Shown here piece by piece: positions 1 through 14,760 of a DNA stretch of 64,000 nt. This stretch comes from the human T2T-CHM13v2.0 reference genome, Homo sapiens. The stretch's first letter is position 1, and the number at the start of each line of letters is the position of its first letter. The notes beneath the pieces were generated by a model. The model was not told the origin of the DNA, did not search any database, and saw nothing but the letters and a program-made list of their open reading frames with translations. The stretch is from assembly GCF_009914755.1 (NCBI RefSeq), contig NC_060948.1; one strand, given 5' to 3'. The position numbers and the translations under genes are program-made.

Positions 1-82
1 TAGAACTACTGAGCTCAAATAATCCTCCTGCCTCAAGCTCCCAAAGTGCTGGGATTACCGGCATGAGCCACCACACCAAGCC
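1..82 (-). mobile_element. Alu 5' end (partial, AluJ-like), cut by window edge
   Basis: CCCAAAGTGCTGGGATTAC...ATGAGCCACCACACC is the reverse complement of the Alu left-monomer start. Confidence 0.9.
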
Positions 83-679
83 AAGACTTCTTAATAATGT
101 GTTTTACAGTTATTCAAAATTATTTTCTAGTAGAAAGATGTAGATTACAAGTTTTTATATTTATTTGGTCTTAAAACATTTGTAATACTTTCTGTCTGGT
201 TCACTATGGGTTAAATATGAATAAAATTAGGTATTTATAAAATATTTTCTAATGAAAAATGAAAATATAGAAAGTTAGGGAGTGGAATCTGATATTTAAA
301 CACTGAGGATTTGTGAATATGTTCTTATAATGAACTCAAGTTTTCTAATGTGGTTCTTTGGGAAATAATGCCAGTGTTATGTCAAAATATTAAGCCTGTG
401 ACATAATCAGTGTCCTTTCATTTGGAGTGATATTTCAATATATACTTACTTGTAATATTCCAACCTATTTTCCAGTCAGCCTTTTTAGTTAAAAGCGTTA
501 TCAACTTACTCAACTTTCCTTAAAAATAAAGACAAAAAATCAAAATCTTACATTGCCATATTATCATGTTACATCTCCCCTTCCCTTCACATTCAAAACT
601 TTTAAAAAGTATGATCTAGAATTGGTTTTCATTTTCTTACAAACTGTTTCTTTGTTCCTCATTATCGAGTTTTCATTCA

Positions 680-1730
680 AAATGAAAGTGCCTTTCTTGC
701 AGGTAATTGGTTATCTCCTAACTGTCAAGACCAAATGCTTCTTCTCAATCCTCGCTGGGTATTTGACACTGTTCATCAACACCATTGTAAACACTATCTC
801 ATTTTTAAAAATCTTTTTTCTTCCTCTTCACAATAACGTTATGACGTACAGGCTGATGACTACCACATCTATAATTCTTGCCCTGCTTCCTCTTTCAAGC
901 TCTAGACTCATTTTCAACATATGGCATGGCATGTGTCTCCTTGTGAATATGCCGCTAGGATCCCAAACCTGACATTTCTAATACCAAACTTATCTGAGTC
1001 ACCAAACCTGTTCTTCCTCTTGTGGTCCTACTCCTTGTTATTTCAGTTCTCACCTTTAAAATAACATGCTTTAAAAATAACATATTAGAAATTTCAAAAT
1101 CATTGTAACTCTTTCCTTTCATTCCACATTCATTTAATTGAAAGACCTTCTAATCATGCTTCCACCATGTTTTCATATCTTTTCTTTCCTATCCATGGTC
1201 ATATGTCACACCTTTATTAATTCTTGCCCAGAGTGTTACCAAAGCTCCCAATTATTTCTGCTTTCTCTATTATTTTTCTAGGGTTATTCTCAACAGGTAA
1301 GGTTATGCCACTACTCAGCTCAGAAATATTTTGAGTATATTCACTATGCAGGAAATTGCATCAATACGTCATAGCAAAGCATTCAAGGTGTCCTGGCCGT
1401 ACAAACTTTCCAGTCTCATTTTCTATTATATCCTTCTATGTTACTTGTGTTCTGGCCACAATGATCTCTTTATCCATAGCTTCATGCTCAATATTCGATG
1501 CCCCAGAAATCATATTCAACCTTCAAGGTTCAGCTAGAATATTACCATTTTCATGAAGCTTTCTGTTAAAAATCAATTTTTTCTTCTCTATATTCCTATA
1601 ACACTTTTACCTCGGGTATAATACTTACTCTTCTTTATACTTTGATAGTTGGTAGAATATCTAAAACAGAAAAGAAACAAATCAGTGTACTATAAAAAGT
1701 GTGTATACACTGAACGACATTTGATTATCT
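680..1730 (+). mobile_element. Degenerate L2 LINE relic
   Basis: L2-like pyrimidine-rich motifs (TATTTGACACTGTT, CTCTAGACTCAT, CCAAACCTGTTCTTCCTC); boundaries approximate. Confidence 0.6.
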
Positions 1731-1860
1731 AGAATTGAAAGGCTTTAACAATATGTACTATTTGTGTAGGGAAGCATTTAATGTTACACTAACAGACAAA
1801 GAAGTAGAACATGAAATTGAGAAAGATGGCAAATGTTTTAGGAATCTTGCCTATGAATCA

Positions 1861-2223
<363 letters not shown>

Positions 2224-3095
2224 TTAACATGCAATATGTTTAATATGGTTTCTAAATGAATTTCATCAAGATCATTTTTCAAATTCTTTTCTACCACTGA
2301 AACAGAGTAAATAATACACATAGATAATAAATATGAATATAGTGAAGTTGCTACTAAATGGAAAAATACATAATGATATGAACATATTTACAACCAACGT
2401 CATCTTAACACTGTAAATGTTGCACAAAACATTAAGTATCAATAGGTACACAGCAACACATCATTCATAGACAGCTACTCGCCTTTACTATGAACCAAAT
2501 GGCATTATTTCGCGTTCATGTCTAGAAGAGAGAAGACGTTGGTCCCTTGCTTATATTTTCAATCACACTGACTTAGAAATAATAGCCTCTTAGGAACATA
2601 ACTTTGGGACATTTTAATATTGATAATGTGTTTCAACATACCTCTAAAGTGCCATATTATGAAAATCACTCTTAAGAACTCTTAAAACTGTTTGTGTATT
2701 TGTGCCCTGGACACTATAGGTCAGCCTTTAAAATCAATAATAGCCCTTACTATTATTGTTAGGAATCTGTGGCAGTGTATCCAGAATAATGACTGTAGAG
2801 TTGAAAAATTATTTTTATATTATTGAACATGGTCATTTGTTGACAGAATAAGCCTTCTTCTTTCTCTGCACCTATTTCTTTTATGCCTATCTGAGGATCA
2901 TAGGCCAGTGGAAAATTTCCTAGTTACAATAGTGAAACTTTGGACTATTTGGATAATCCTTCTTCAAATAGTTACATCAAAAGAAAACAATCTCTAATTG
3001 CAAAATGTCAAAATACTCTTTTAAATCAAGTATATAGTGATTTATTTTATCTAAGATTTTTCTATTCCTTTTTATGTTGGCTAAAAGACACACAC

Positions 3096-3610
3096 AGTTA
3101 GGAGACAATTATCTGTAGGTTTCTCACATTGCTGCAAGTCTTGCAAAGAGAGTCATTGTCTGACTTTCTTCCAGACTATCTTTTTGAGAATGCTTATATC
3201 ATGAACTGCTTTAGAAGATAGGGATAATTTCTCCCCCAGAGCATGGAACAGTTTTGTTTACTGTCCAGTATAATAAAGACAATGTCTCCCTCCATGACAA
3301 TAATCACATAGGCTTACTGACTCTGAAAAAAGTTTAAGTTCCCTGAGCTCAGGGTTCCTTTTCTGTAATGTAACCTATTGCATGTATAGGCATCATGTGA
3401 ACCTCTTACATCACTCTGTGAGAACTAAGGCTTACAGAACTGGGACAAATGCTGATGCCGACACTCTGGCTACTGTTATTGACATTAGTAAAAAACTTAC
3501 TTTTTCTGACTGATGTCTCATGTCTTCTGCCAGTATCCATGAAACTATGGCAGCCTAACTCATTAGCTTGTAAGAAGGGTAAAATCTTAGACCCTTCACA
3601 GTTCTCAACA
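3096..3610 (+). mobile_element. Solo ERVL LTR (LTR40-like)
   Basis: Starts GTTAGGAGACAATT and ends AGACCCTTCACAGTTCTCAACA; matches recalled LTR40 consensus along its length. Confidence 0.7.
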
Positions 3611-5834
3611 CATTCATAGGTGCATTATTGCAGGAAAAGAAAGAATAGAGAAACAACCTCCAGGCAGCATTGTCCTAGAAACATATTTCAAATTGGAAAA
3701 ATGTATATACTAATTCAATTTTCTTTATGCAAATTAATTGTCATGAATTGTAGGCTACTTAGGTAGCTAACACTATTCAAATATTATTTTTCTATTAATT
3801 TAATAATTTAAATTGCTATGTAATTTATTTTCATTTGCCCTCTGCATTTGTAGTCTATTTTAAGATTAAACAAGGGGTAAACCTAACCAAACGCATTTAT
3901 GTGGCTATACTAATGGGTACAGAGAGAGTTGTCTCACACTTTGCTGCTTAAGGATAAAAACGAGTTACTGCATACTGAACAGTGCTGCTCTCTGAGAATA
4001 TGGAAAAGGCTATTTAGTTCACAGTAGGAGAGGTTACAGTTGTGTGTGACAAATATTGTGAAAAATACAAACACTAAGAATTTTTTTGCACGTGGCAGTT
4101 TTTTATAGGGATGGCTTACAAAGAAAAAGATGCTGTGTTAGATCAAACTACAGCTATTTTCTGTACTCTTGGGTTTAATGGAGGAAGCACTTTTCCTCAT
4201 CCTGTCATGCTTACTTTGCAGGAGACTGCAGATGCATACAACCTGATTTTCCACTCCTCTGTAAGAATGCTACGGTGTGGGAAAACAATTTGGAGAAAAT
4301 TGCCATAGAGATTTAAAAAAAATTCGAATCATACATTTTGTTTCTATGAAAATGATGTGAGTAAACACATCTTATACTCATGATATTTGAGCTACTGCTA
4401 TAACCAACATGGTTTCAAAAATATTCCATTATTACTGCGGTATAGTCTTAACTACAAAATGCTGCATGTTGCTATGCAAAAGAACATGATGTGGCAATTT
4501 CTGCTCAGAAACCATTTCACAAATATCTAGTTTGGGGGTTTAAAAAACTAGAGAAAAATTAAAAAGTCATAATCTGGAAAGTAAGTTAATTCAATGTTTC
4601 TCAGATTACTCAATGAATAACTATTGGATAAAAATTCTTCTATTAAACAGTGTTAAACACACAGCTTATCATTTAACTTTTAATGATATTTATGAATGCC
4701 TTAAACGTCTCTAAAGGACAAATAAATATAGCTTAAGGAGACGACTTAGAGTAGTTTAGTCATCAACCATTAATGAAGTAATGGTTGAAGGCTCCTGGAA
4801 GGGACAAAAAAGACAGAATATGGATTTGAAAATATATTTCTTTCCAAAATAACTGAATATTTGATAAAAATAAAAAGGCATATTTCATATGAAAGATTAT
4901 GTATCCCCCACTTAGAAAGAAAATGTGAACCTATTGTGGCATTTTTATCCACAGCCAAACAGAGCAAATTTCATTACTCTCTGATTTTGTCAATATTCAT
5001 TCTTTATATTAAATCACTCACTTAGAATGCAGGAGAAAGTTCCATGGAAAGAAATTCTACAATTTCTCCTTTCAGCAAAGTCTTCATACTTAGAAAACTA
5101 TCCATGATCTTATACCCACATAGAGAGCCAAAAATAAGGATGTGAGAGTTTTTCTAATGCAGCTCTGTCACAAATTCCAAATGAAATATTTTAAAGGCCT
5201 TTGGTCTGATAACGGGACAATTACGTTCCTTCTCCCTACAAAGCTAGCAGTGAAAGAAGTTCATTTTATTTAAAGAAAATCAGTTGGAGCTCCAAAGTGG
5301 AGAAAAGTTAGAAAAATAAATTTAATATTTATTTTACTCTACACATGTATTGGTGAAAAATAAGATAAATAAAAGTATTATTAAACAGTTTAGTAATCAG
5401 TCATTATATTTTTTCAAAGTTCTGCATCTTAATTGTCCTTAAATTATATAGTAAATAGCCCCAATCTTCCACTAAAATAAAGCAATGTTAATAATGACAT
5501 AAATCATAGCATAAAAAATCACATGTGTTCCACAAAGAGCAAAAACAATTCTCTTTTATCAACGAAAGAGGGTCTCTCTGATCAAAATTTATGCTAAGAC
5601 AGACATGAAATCTTCAAAAGTATACAACACCAAAAGTATTGTGTGACTTGTTATTTAATATTTAATATTCTGTTGCAAATAACGTCACACAGGTATGACA
5701 CAACTTAAAATATGCATTGAATTGCATTTGTATTCAGGTTATATGCAAATGGAGATACAACACTTTAAGCTGCTTGGTAGGCGTCGTTCACATCTGTTCT
5801 TTGCCTAGCTGCCTCGCTTTCTCCTCTCTAACAG

Positions 5835-5950
5835 AATAATAGGACTGAAAGTTACAAACAACCTTAGAGGTCAGCTATCCAACTTGTCTTGAAAAGCCAG
5901 AGTCACTCCAAGTATCCCTGGAAGGTAATTGCCTAACCTTTGCTTGAATG
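5835..5950. mobile_element. Ancient CR1/L3- or MIR3-like fragment
   Basis: ACCTTAGAGGTCAGCTATCCAAC and CCTTTGCTTGAA motifs. Confidence 0.35.
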
Positions 5951-6395
5951 AGTTCACAAATAAGTTGAAAAGGGATAACGGCCATAGAAGCAAGGAATTT
6001 TTTTATATCAATTATTTCACAAGACTCATGTGGTGAAAACCATATAAATGATGTTCCTTGTGATTATGACTTTGCACATTTATAAATCCTAGAATGTGCA
6101 TAATCTTCTAGATTAGTTTTATAAAAATTCAAAAAGCCCATCAAAGATGGACTTACCATACAACTCTCTGCTAAAATGAAGATAAATGCTGATAGGAAAT
6201 TCAAAAATTGTCATGTTATGCTTAAGCATCATTTTACTTTATACTCAGCCTTATAGTTACTGTGCTATCTAATTAACTGCAATACGAATCTCATAGGTAA
6301 CTAGAATGTATAGTAATTTGAGAATCATTAAGGAAGCTACATTTATATTTATTTAAAAACAAAACAGTATTTTCATAGTTCAGTAAAAATTATCA

Positions 6396-6710
<315 letters not shown>

Positions 6711-6876
6711 TCATGACATATAGGTGATCTATGAAGGGAGATAAATAAATAGAATAGAAGCTAAGTAGAGTAAGTAGAGAAACAAAAATAGATGGAAGGA
6801 AAAGAGAAAGTTTGTAAGGAGTAAATGAAACCATGCCATTGGAGGCTAGTCACATTATAACAATTACCAATATTTA

Positions 6877-6996
6877 CAGTGACCATATGTCCCTATTTTC
6901 CTGGGACAGTCCTCAGTTATGCCTCTTATTCTGAAGGCATCCCTCTTTCACTCTCAAAAGTGTTTGGTTTAGATGATAAATATTATGGTTAACTAC
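6877..6996. mobile_element. MER94-like hAT MITE relic
   Basis: GTGACCATATGTCCC...CTGGGACAGTCC...TTTCACTCTCAAAAGTGT...GATAAATATTATGGTTAAC. Confidence 0.6.
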
Positions 6997-7046
6997 CTAG
7001 ATAAATTTCAAAAATTGATTCAATTGTTTTACAGGCTACCTATTTA

Positions 7047-7198
7047 TTTGTTTATTTTTACTTTTTAAATTTTTATTGAGGTGTGATTGACAAATTATTT
7101 ATAGTTAACATGTACAACATGATGTTTTGTTTACCGTGTTTAATGATTCCCATAATCAAGCTAACTAACATATCTAGCCCTTAACATAATTACTATTT

Positions 7199-7233
<35 letters not shown>

Positions 7234-7380
7234 GTGAAAACACTTAAGATCTATTCCTTAAGCAAATTTCAAGTTTAAGTTATAAAATGAATAAGTTCCA
7301 GAAATCCAATGTGCAGCATAGTAACTATAGTTAATAACATATATTGTATACTTAAAATTGGCTAAGGCAGTAAATCTAGG
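7047..7380 (-). mobile_element. Short L1MA-type 3' end with 5' inversion
   Basis: Minus-strand L1MA 3'UTR 7047-7274 followed by plus-strand upstream 3'UTR piece about 7280-7377; degenerate TSD GGCTA(CC/TG)TATTTA. Confidence 0.7.
7198..7233. repeat. (TG)n(CG)n alternating purine-pyrimidine microsatellite
   Basis: TGTGTG...GTGCGCGCGCGTGTG read directly. Confidence 0.95.
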
Positions 7381-7439
7381 GGCTATGTATTTAAAATATC
7401 CATTATTCTATATGAGTATGCTTAATAACAGTATTTTTT

Positions 7440-8260
7440 CTTTTTAAAATCAACGTTATTGAAGTATAGTCTATATTCAACAAGAAAAACATACACTTTA
7501 AGTGCACAATTCACTGGTTTTAAAAACTGTATACGCCCATGTAACTACCATTCCAAATCAATTATAGGATATTTGTATTGCCCCAAAAAATTCCTTATGC
7601 TGCTTTGCAGTAAATTCCCATCCCCACCTCCACTACCAATCCTAGAAAACTAGTGCTTTCTGTGACTATAGGTTAGATTTGTCACATCTAGAGTTTCATA
7701 CTGGTGGAATCATACTTTATATTCTATTTTGTGTCTGGCTTCTTTTGTTCATAATAATGTTTTAGAGATCCATGTATGTGGTCGTGCATATTAATAGTTT
7801 TTTCTTTGTCCTCACTGGTATTCCATTGTATGGACAGATGTGTTACAGTTCGTTTAACCATTCATGCATTGAAAAACAACTGGTCTATTTCCAAGTTTTG
7901 TCTATTAAAAATAGAATTAGTTTGAACATTTATGTGTAAGTATTTGTGTAGAAAAACATTTTTGTTTCTTTTCGGTGAAAATCTAGGAGTGAAATAGATA
8001 ATATAGTAAGTGTATTACTAACTTCATATGAAACTACTGTATGAAATTGTTTTCCAAAGTAGTTGTACCATTTTACAATACTGCCAGCTATATATGAGAG
8101 TTTACTTGTTCAACATCCTTGCCTACAATTTAACTTTAGCTCATCTAGTGGCTATGTAGTGCTGGCTTTACTTTGCATTTCTCTGATAGCTAATGAAGTT
8201 GAACATCTTTTCATATGTATTCTTTTGCGAAGTATCTGTTCAAGCCTTTTTAAAATTTGA
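7440..8260 (-). mobile_element. Old L1 (L1MB/L1ME-type) 3' portion
   Basis: TTTGTGTCTGGCTTCTTT, TTTTCCAAAGTAGTTGTACCATTTTAC, TAATGAAGTTGAACATCTTTTCATATG. Confidence 0.85.
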
Positions 8261-10629
8261 TTAACAGTATCTGAATTAATGATTAGAGAAGTTATTGAAA
8301 ACTGTGTTTTAGAGTCCCTAATAGTCACACTATGACTTTAATACATAACATGCAAATTCCAATGAAATGAGTCCAAACTATAAGTTTATGGAAATATAAA
8401 AGCATGCGAGAATTTCCAAATCTACACAGTAAATGAAGTGATCTCAGCAGTGATTCTATTTTATCAACAGTCTCAGAGATTGTGTCCAGTGCAGTGTCTT
8501 GTACCCAGTGTTCAATAAATGTCTGTGTATTTATTAATTAATGATCTTATATCATTTTAGATTACTACATCTTGGCAGTTAATTTGTGGGAAATGTATTA
8601 ATTAAAAAATATTTTTAAAAATAATTGATTTTTTTCCTCTTGAAACCACACATTTTTGCTACTGAAAAATCTGCTTATCATGTTAGTGAAGTATCCAATT
8701 TCTTTACTTCTTTCACCTTCCTCTTATTTAAGCTGACTCACTTCTCACAACAGAGAAGGCATATAAGTAAGAGAAAGTAAAATTATAAACATTGCATTTC
8801 TTGTTTCTTAGTAGCTTGGGTAAAAAAGATGTGTTTAGATGTGTTTGAAGAAAGGTAAAGTTATTAGAAGAATGAGCTTTTTACATTAAATATGTTTCAT
8901 TATCCTTGTTCCCCTTACTTTCAATCAGCAACTATGCCTATATTATGTTTTTAAGAATACATTCTGCAAATAAGCCTAACCGTTATCTGCATCTGTTTCA
9001 GCTGAAACACTATGCAGATGCAATTGGTGAGATCTAAAACTAGGCTCAGATACTTAGAAAAATCTCAAGCATTTTGGATAGTTTTCAAAAGATTTGAAAC
9101 ATTTATTTTGAGACCTCACTATACTTGATTCCAAAGGGAAAGATACTTATTTCTATTTGGCATCTACAAATCAGACAGAATCTTTTTATTTTGTAGTTTT
9201 GCTATTTTTAGTACTATACTGCAAGTTACTGATTTTAATTTGTTCAGCTTGTACTTGAAATTCATAAACTCTGTTCTGTCAGACAACATAGAAAAAAATC
9301 TTAGTTTAGTGCAAAATAAACTTAGGATTAAAAGTGAGTTTGTATATGCAGAATATCATGTTCTTTCTTACATTTCTAAATAAAACATTTAAAACATGTA
9401 TATTCCAAATAATGGAAAATTATATTAATTCTAGTCATACACCCAAATTATAAAGAATTAAGTGTAACATTTCTTGCCATCTTTATAGAGTCAGAAAGAA
9501 TATATCAGCACTACCATAATTCAAGAAAACACTGTTTTGCATTTGATTCAATTAATAAAAGATGAATATATAAAAATTGACAACATAATTTAACCTTTTG
9601 AATCTAGCCCATTTTATATGTGTTTATTTGAGGACCCTCAATATACAATGGCATCCTTCATTATACAACAGCATCCTTCACTACAAAGTTCTATCTACTA
9701 TAACAAGAAAGTGTCCTGTTGAATAAAACAGCTCTTTATCCCTTTGCTTAAGAAGATATAAAGTTAAAAATACAATGTATTTACTACTAAAGCAGGGTCA
9801 TCCAATACACTCAGTATTTTACAATGGAAAAAGCTGTAGATGATCATACAGGGAGCTGATGCTCTCAAAATGAGAACCAAGAATTGCTGAGATTTCCAAT
9901 TATACCTTCAGCTTCTCAAGGCTCCCTCTCTAGAACACCATTAAGGAAGCATATTCTTCTTTCTTTAATGCTACTTGCTCTTACCTCTTCTTCTCCTGAT
10001 TAGGCATAGGGATGATTGAGCCTTCGTTGAATTAGCTAACCCACTATAGAGAGCAATAAGAAGCCCCAAAATTCTGGATACACAGGTGTGCAGAACAGGC
10101 TATATTTGGGTTTGTTACCTAACCAGACTGATATTCCATGAATAATTTCTACTATAGAACAGGCAAGTCCAATTATATGAAGGAAAAAATTTGCCCATAA
10201 CTTCTATTTGATACAGATGAATATAGCTTGTGACCTAAAACAAATGAATGCTTATCTCCCATGTAATGAGATATATTTTAACATTTATTCAGTGTCCAGC
10301 ATATATAAGGCCTCTTGTTGGGTCTAAGGGTAAGAAAAGATGAAAATGTGAAGATGTGATCTTTGTTCTGAAGGTGTTTTTAAGCCCGTAAAATTCATAT
10401 AAGTTGCAAAACAAAGTTTGAAAGATAAAACAAGTGAGATAAACTCAAAATGGTATAGAAACACAATAAAGTATCATAGCAATTGGACCTGGGGAGCTCC
10501 AGAAAGATAGAATTATGTTATGAAGAATAGGTCAAATTTTGACAGAGTGGGAAATTCATAGTCTAGTTTGCCTGGACTATGAGGTAAATGCTAAAGAAGC
10601 AGAAGCAGAATCTGGAATAGTAATTTTTA

Positions 10630-11100
10630 ATTTTGGTGATAATCATTTTTTTCTTTTATGCATCATGCTTTCTGTGTCATATCTAAAAACACATTTATTT
10701 AACCCAAGGCTAAGGTAGTAAATACATTCCCTTTTGTTTCCTATTATTTGTTTTATAGGTTAAGGTTTTCCATTTTGGCCTGTGATCCATTTTGTATATA
10801 CTATGAGAAATATATAGGACAAGGTTTAACTACTTATTTCTCTTATGGCAGTCCAATTGTTTCTGCTCCATTTTTGGATAAGACCATTCTTTCTTCATTT
10901 TCTCCACTGAACTGCCTTTGACAAAAACCAATTGATCATATATGTATAGGGATATTTCTGGGCTCCCTTTTTTATTTCATTGATCTATTAGTTTATCTTT
11001 TTACCAGTACCACACTGGCTTAATTATTGAAGCTTCATACTATCTTAAAATCAAGTAGTCTAAACTCTCTATTTTTTTTTTCAAAATTACTTTAGTCACC
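10630..11100 (-). mobile_element. Old L1M ORF2 fragment
   Basis: CTGTGATCCATTTTG, TTTCATTGATCTAT, CCAGTACCACACTG antisense L1 ORF2 motifs. Confidence 0.75.
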
Positions 11101-11410
11101 CTTCTTGAAACTCAGTAATAATTCTATGGTCAAATATCTTGCAATGCGATGTGTAGAAGTCATGATTTGTCAAGCTCTACAGCTGCTGACATACTTAACT
11201 AGTCCACAAATAGCATTTTTAGGGTCCTTCAGGATTTCTGGTGGACAGGATTCAGGTCACTGAGAATATATGTGTGACAGATTTTTAGAAAGTTCTCAAT
11301 GAGGTTTATTATAGAAGAGAAAAACTAATTCAACCAGAAGAAAATATTTTCTTAAAATCAATTATTTGGGCTTTTTAAAAAGTTTCAGGAAAATCATTTA
11401 TGTGAACTGT

Positions 11411-11548
11411 ATTTTTTTTTAACTTTTATTTTAGATTCAGGGATATGTATGTAGATTTGTTATATGGATAAATTTCATGTCACAGGGGTTTGATTTACAA
11501 ATAATTTTGTCATCTAGGAAATAGGCATAGTACCTAATAGGTAGTCAT
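11411..11548 (-). mobile_element. Old L1PA (PA15-16-like) extreme 3' end
   Basis: T-tail then AACTTTTATTTTAGATTCAGGG...GCATAGTACCTAATAGGTAG. Confidence 0.8.
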
Positions 11549-11549
11549 T

Positions 11550-13429
<1,880 letters not shown>

Positions 13430-13806
13430 CTTATTAGTCTCTTCTCCTATTGCTATAAACAGCTACCTTAGACTGGGTAATTTATAAAGAAAAGAGGTTT
13501 AATTGGCTCGTGGTTCCACAGGCTCTACAGGAAGCATGGCTGTGGAGGCCTCAGAAAAGTTACAATCATGGCAGAAGGTGAAGGCGAAGCAGGCACATCC
13601 TACATGGTTGGAGCAGGAGGAAGAGAGTGAAATGGGAGGTGCTACACACTTTTAAACAACCAGATCTCATGAGAACTAACTATCACAAGAACTGCAAGGG
13701 GGAAATCTGCCCCCCTGATCCCAGCACCTCCCACCAGGTTCCTTCTCCATTAGGAATTACTATTTGACATGAAATTTGGGTGAGGACACAAATCCAAACC
13801 ATATCA
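13430..13806 (-). mobile_element. MSTA-type MaLR LTR (5' LTR of the element)
   Basis: GACTGGGTAATTTATAAAGAAAAGAGGTTTAATTGGCTC...GGACACAAATCCAAACCATATCA (reverse complement begins TGATATGGTTTGG). Confidence 0.9.
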
Positions 13807-13809
13807 GGC

Positions 13810-14640
13810 ACATGCAGCCAGGTGGCTAAGCACAAGATGTCAGCATCCAAGCAGGGTGAGAGCAGCGTGGTGGTCAGCCTGGTGTGGGATATTCAGGACT
13901 ATGCAGGATGAGGAGGATCTCCACATGGAGATATGAGTTGGGGCACAATCTCAGACTTGAGCATGACAATGAGGTTATATGTGCAGAGGAGTGGCTGAAG
14001 TTAAAGTCAGGAGATTAATTACATACAGGGGGACTGATCAAATGAGTAAATATACGAAGCATAATGTAAGCTAGGTTTTCCACTATCAGAATAAAAAGGA
14101 AATTCAAGTATGATAAAGTATAAAACTAGAATAAACCCAGTAGTATAGACTGGAATTTGAGATACAGTATGAGCTCATGGTTTTCGAAATATAGAGCTAT
14201 GAAAAGAAATACTACCATAAACTTTGGTTTGTTTTTGCGTATGCACTAATACATACATACCCTAGCTTATTTACTGAGAGGACAGGCTTTGGAGCAGCAA
14301 CATCATAATCTCAAAGAGCAAATATAGTGCTCAGATCCTGACTTATAAATACTACTTTGTAATAAAAGGAACCAGAACTGGTTAAAGACATGACTGATTC
14401 CAGGGCTGAAGAAGAAAAATATATGATTTTGATAGTTGTATTGTAGTTATATCAAGAATGTCCTTGTTCATAAGTAATAGACGTTAAACTGGTATTAGAA
14501 AGGTGATGAAAATCATGTTGTTAACCTACTTTCAAATGCTTTGGCATAAACTATTCCCTGAACCATACTTATAACTTTTTCTATAAATTTGTGAATTTCT
14601 TCAAATTTTTAAAAAGTGTATATCATTAAAAAATAATTTT
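13810..14640 (+). mobile_element. L1MD-like 3'UTR relic
   Basis: ACATACAGGGGGACTGATCAAATGAGTAAATATA, ATAAAAGGAACCAGAACT, CATGACTGATTCCAGGGCTG. Confidence 0.65.
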
Positions 14641-14680
14641 TGCAAATTAAGATGAAGAGATACGCACCTCAATCAATAGT

Positions 14681-14760
14681 TTATCTACCGCAATTCTTAA
14701 GTAAACATAGCTCTCATCATTTATCCACCGCAATTCTTAAGTAAAAGTAGCTCTCATCAT
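14681..14760. repeat. 40-bp tandem duplication
   Basis: TTATCTACCGCAATTCTTAAGTAAACATAGCTCTCATCAT followed by TTATCCACCGCAATTCTTAAGTAAAAGTAGCTCTCATCAT. Confidence 0.97.

Noticed and set aside
553-972. 139-aa hydrophobic ORF
   Set aside because: Overlaps T-rich L2 relic; non-ATG start; composition explains the hydrophobicity; no recognisable domain
9642-9681. 20-bp tandem duplication (similar small ones near 37860, 50500 and 51341)
   Set aside because: Ordinary slippage duplications
14681-14760. Direct repeats as a CRISPR-like array
   Set aside because: Only two adjacent units with no spacers; eukaryotic context and no cas genes
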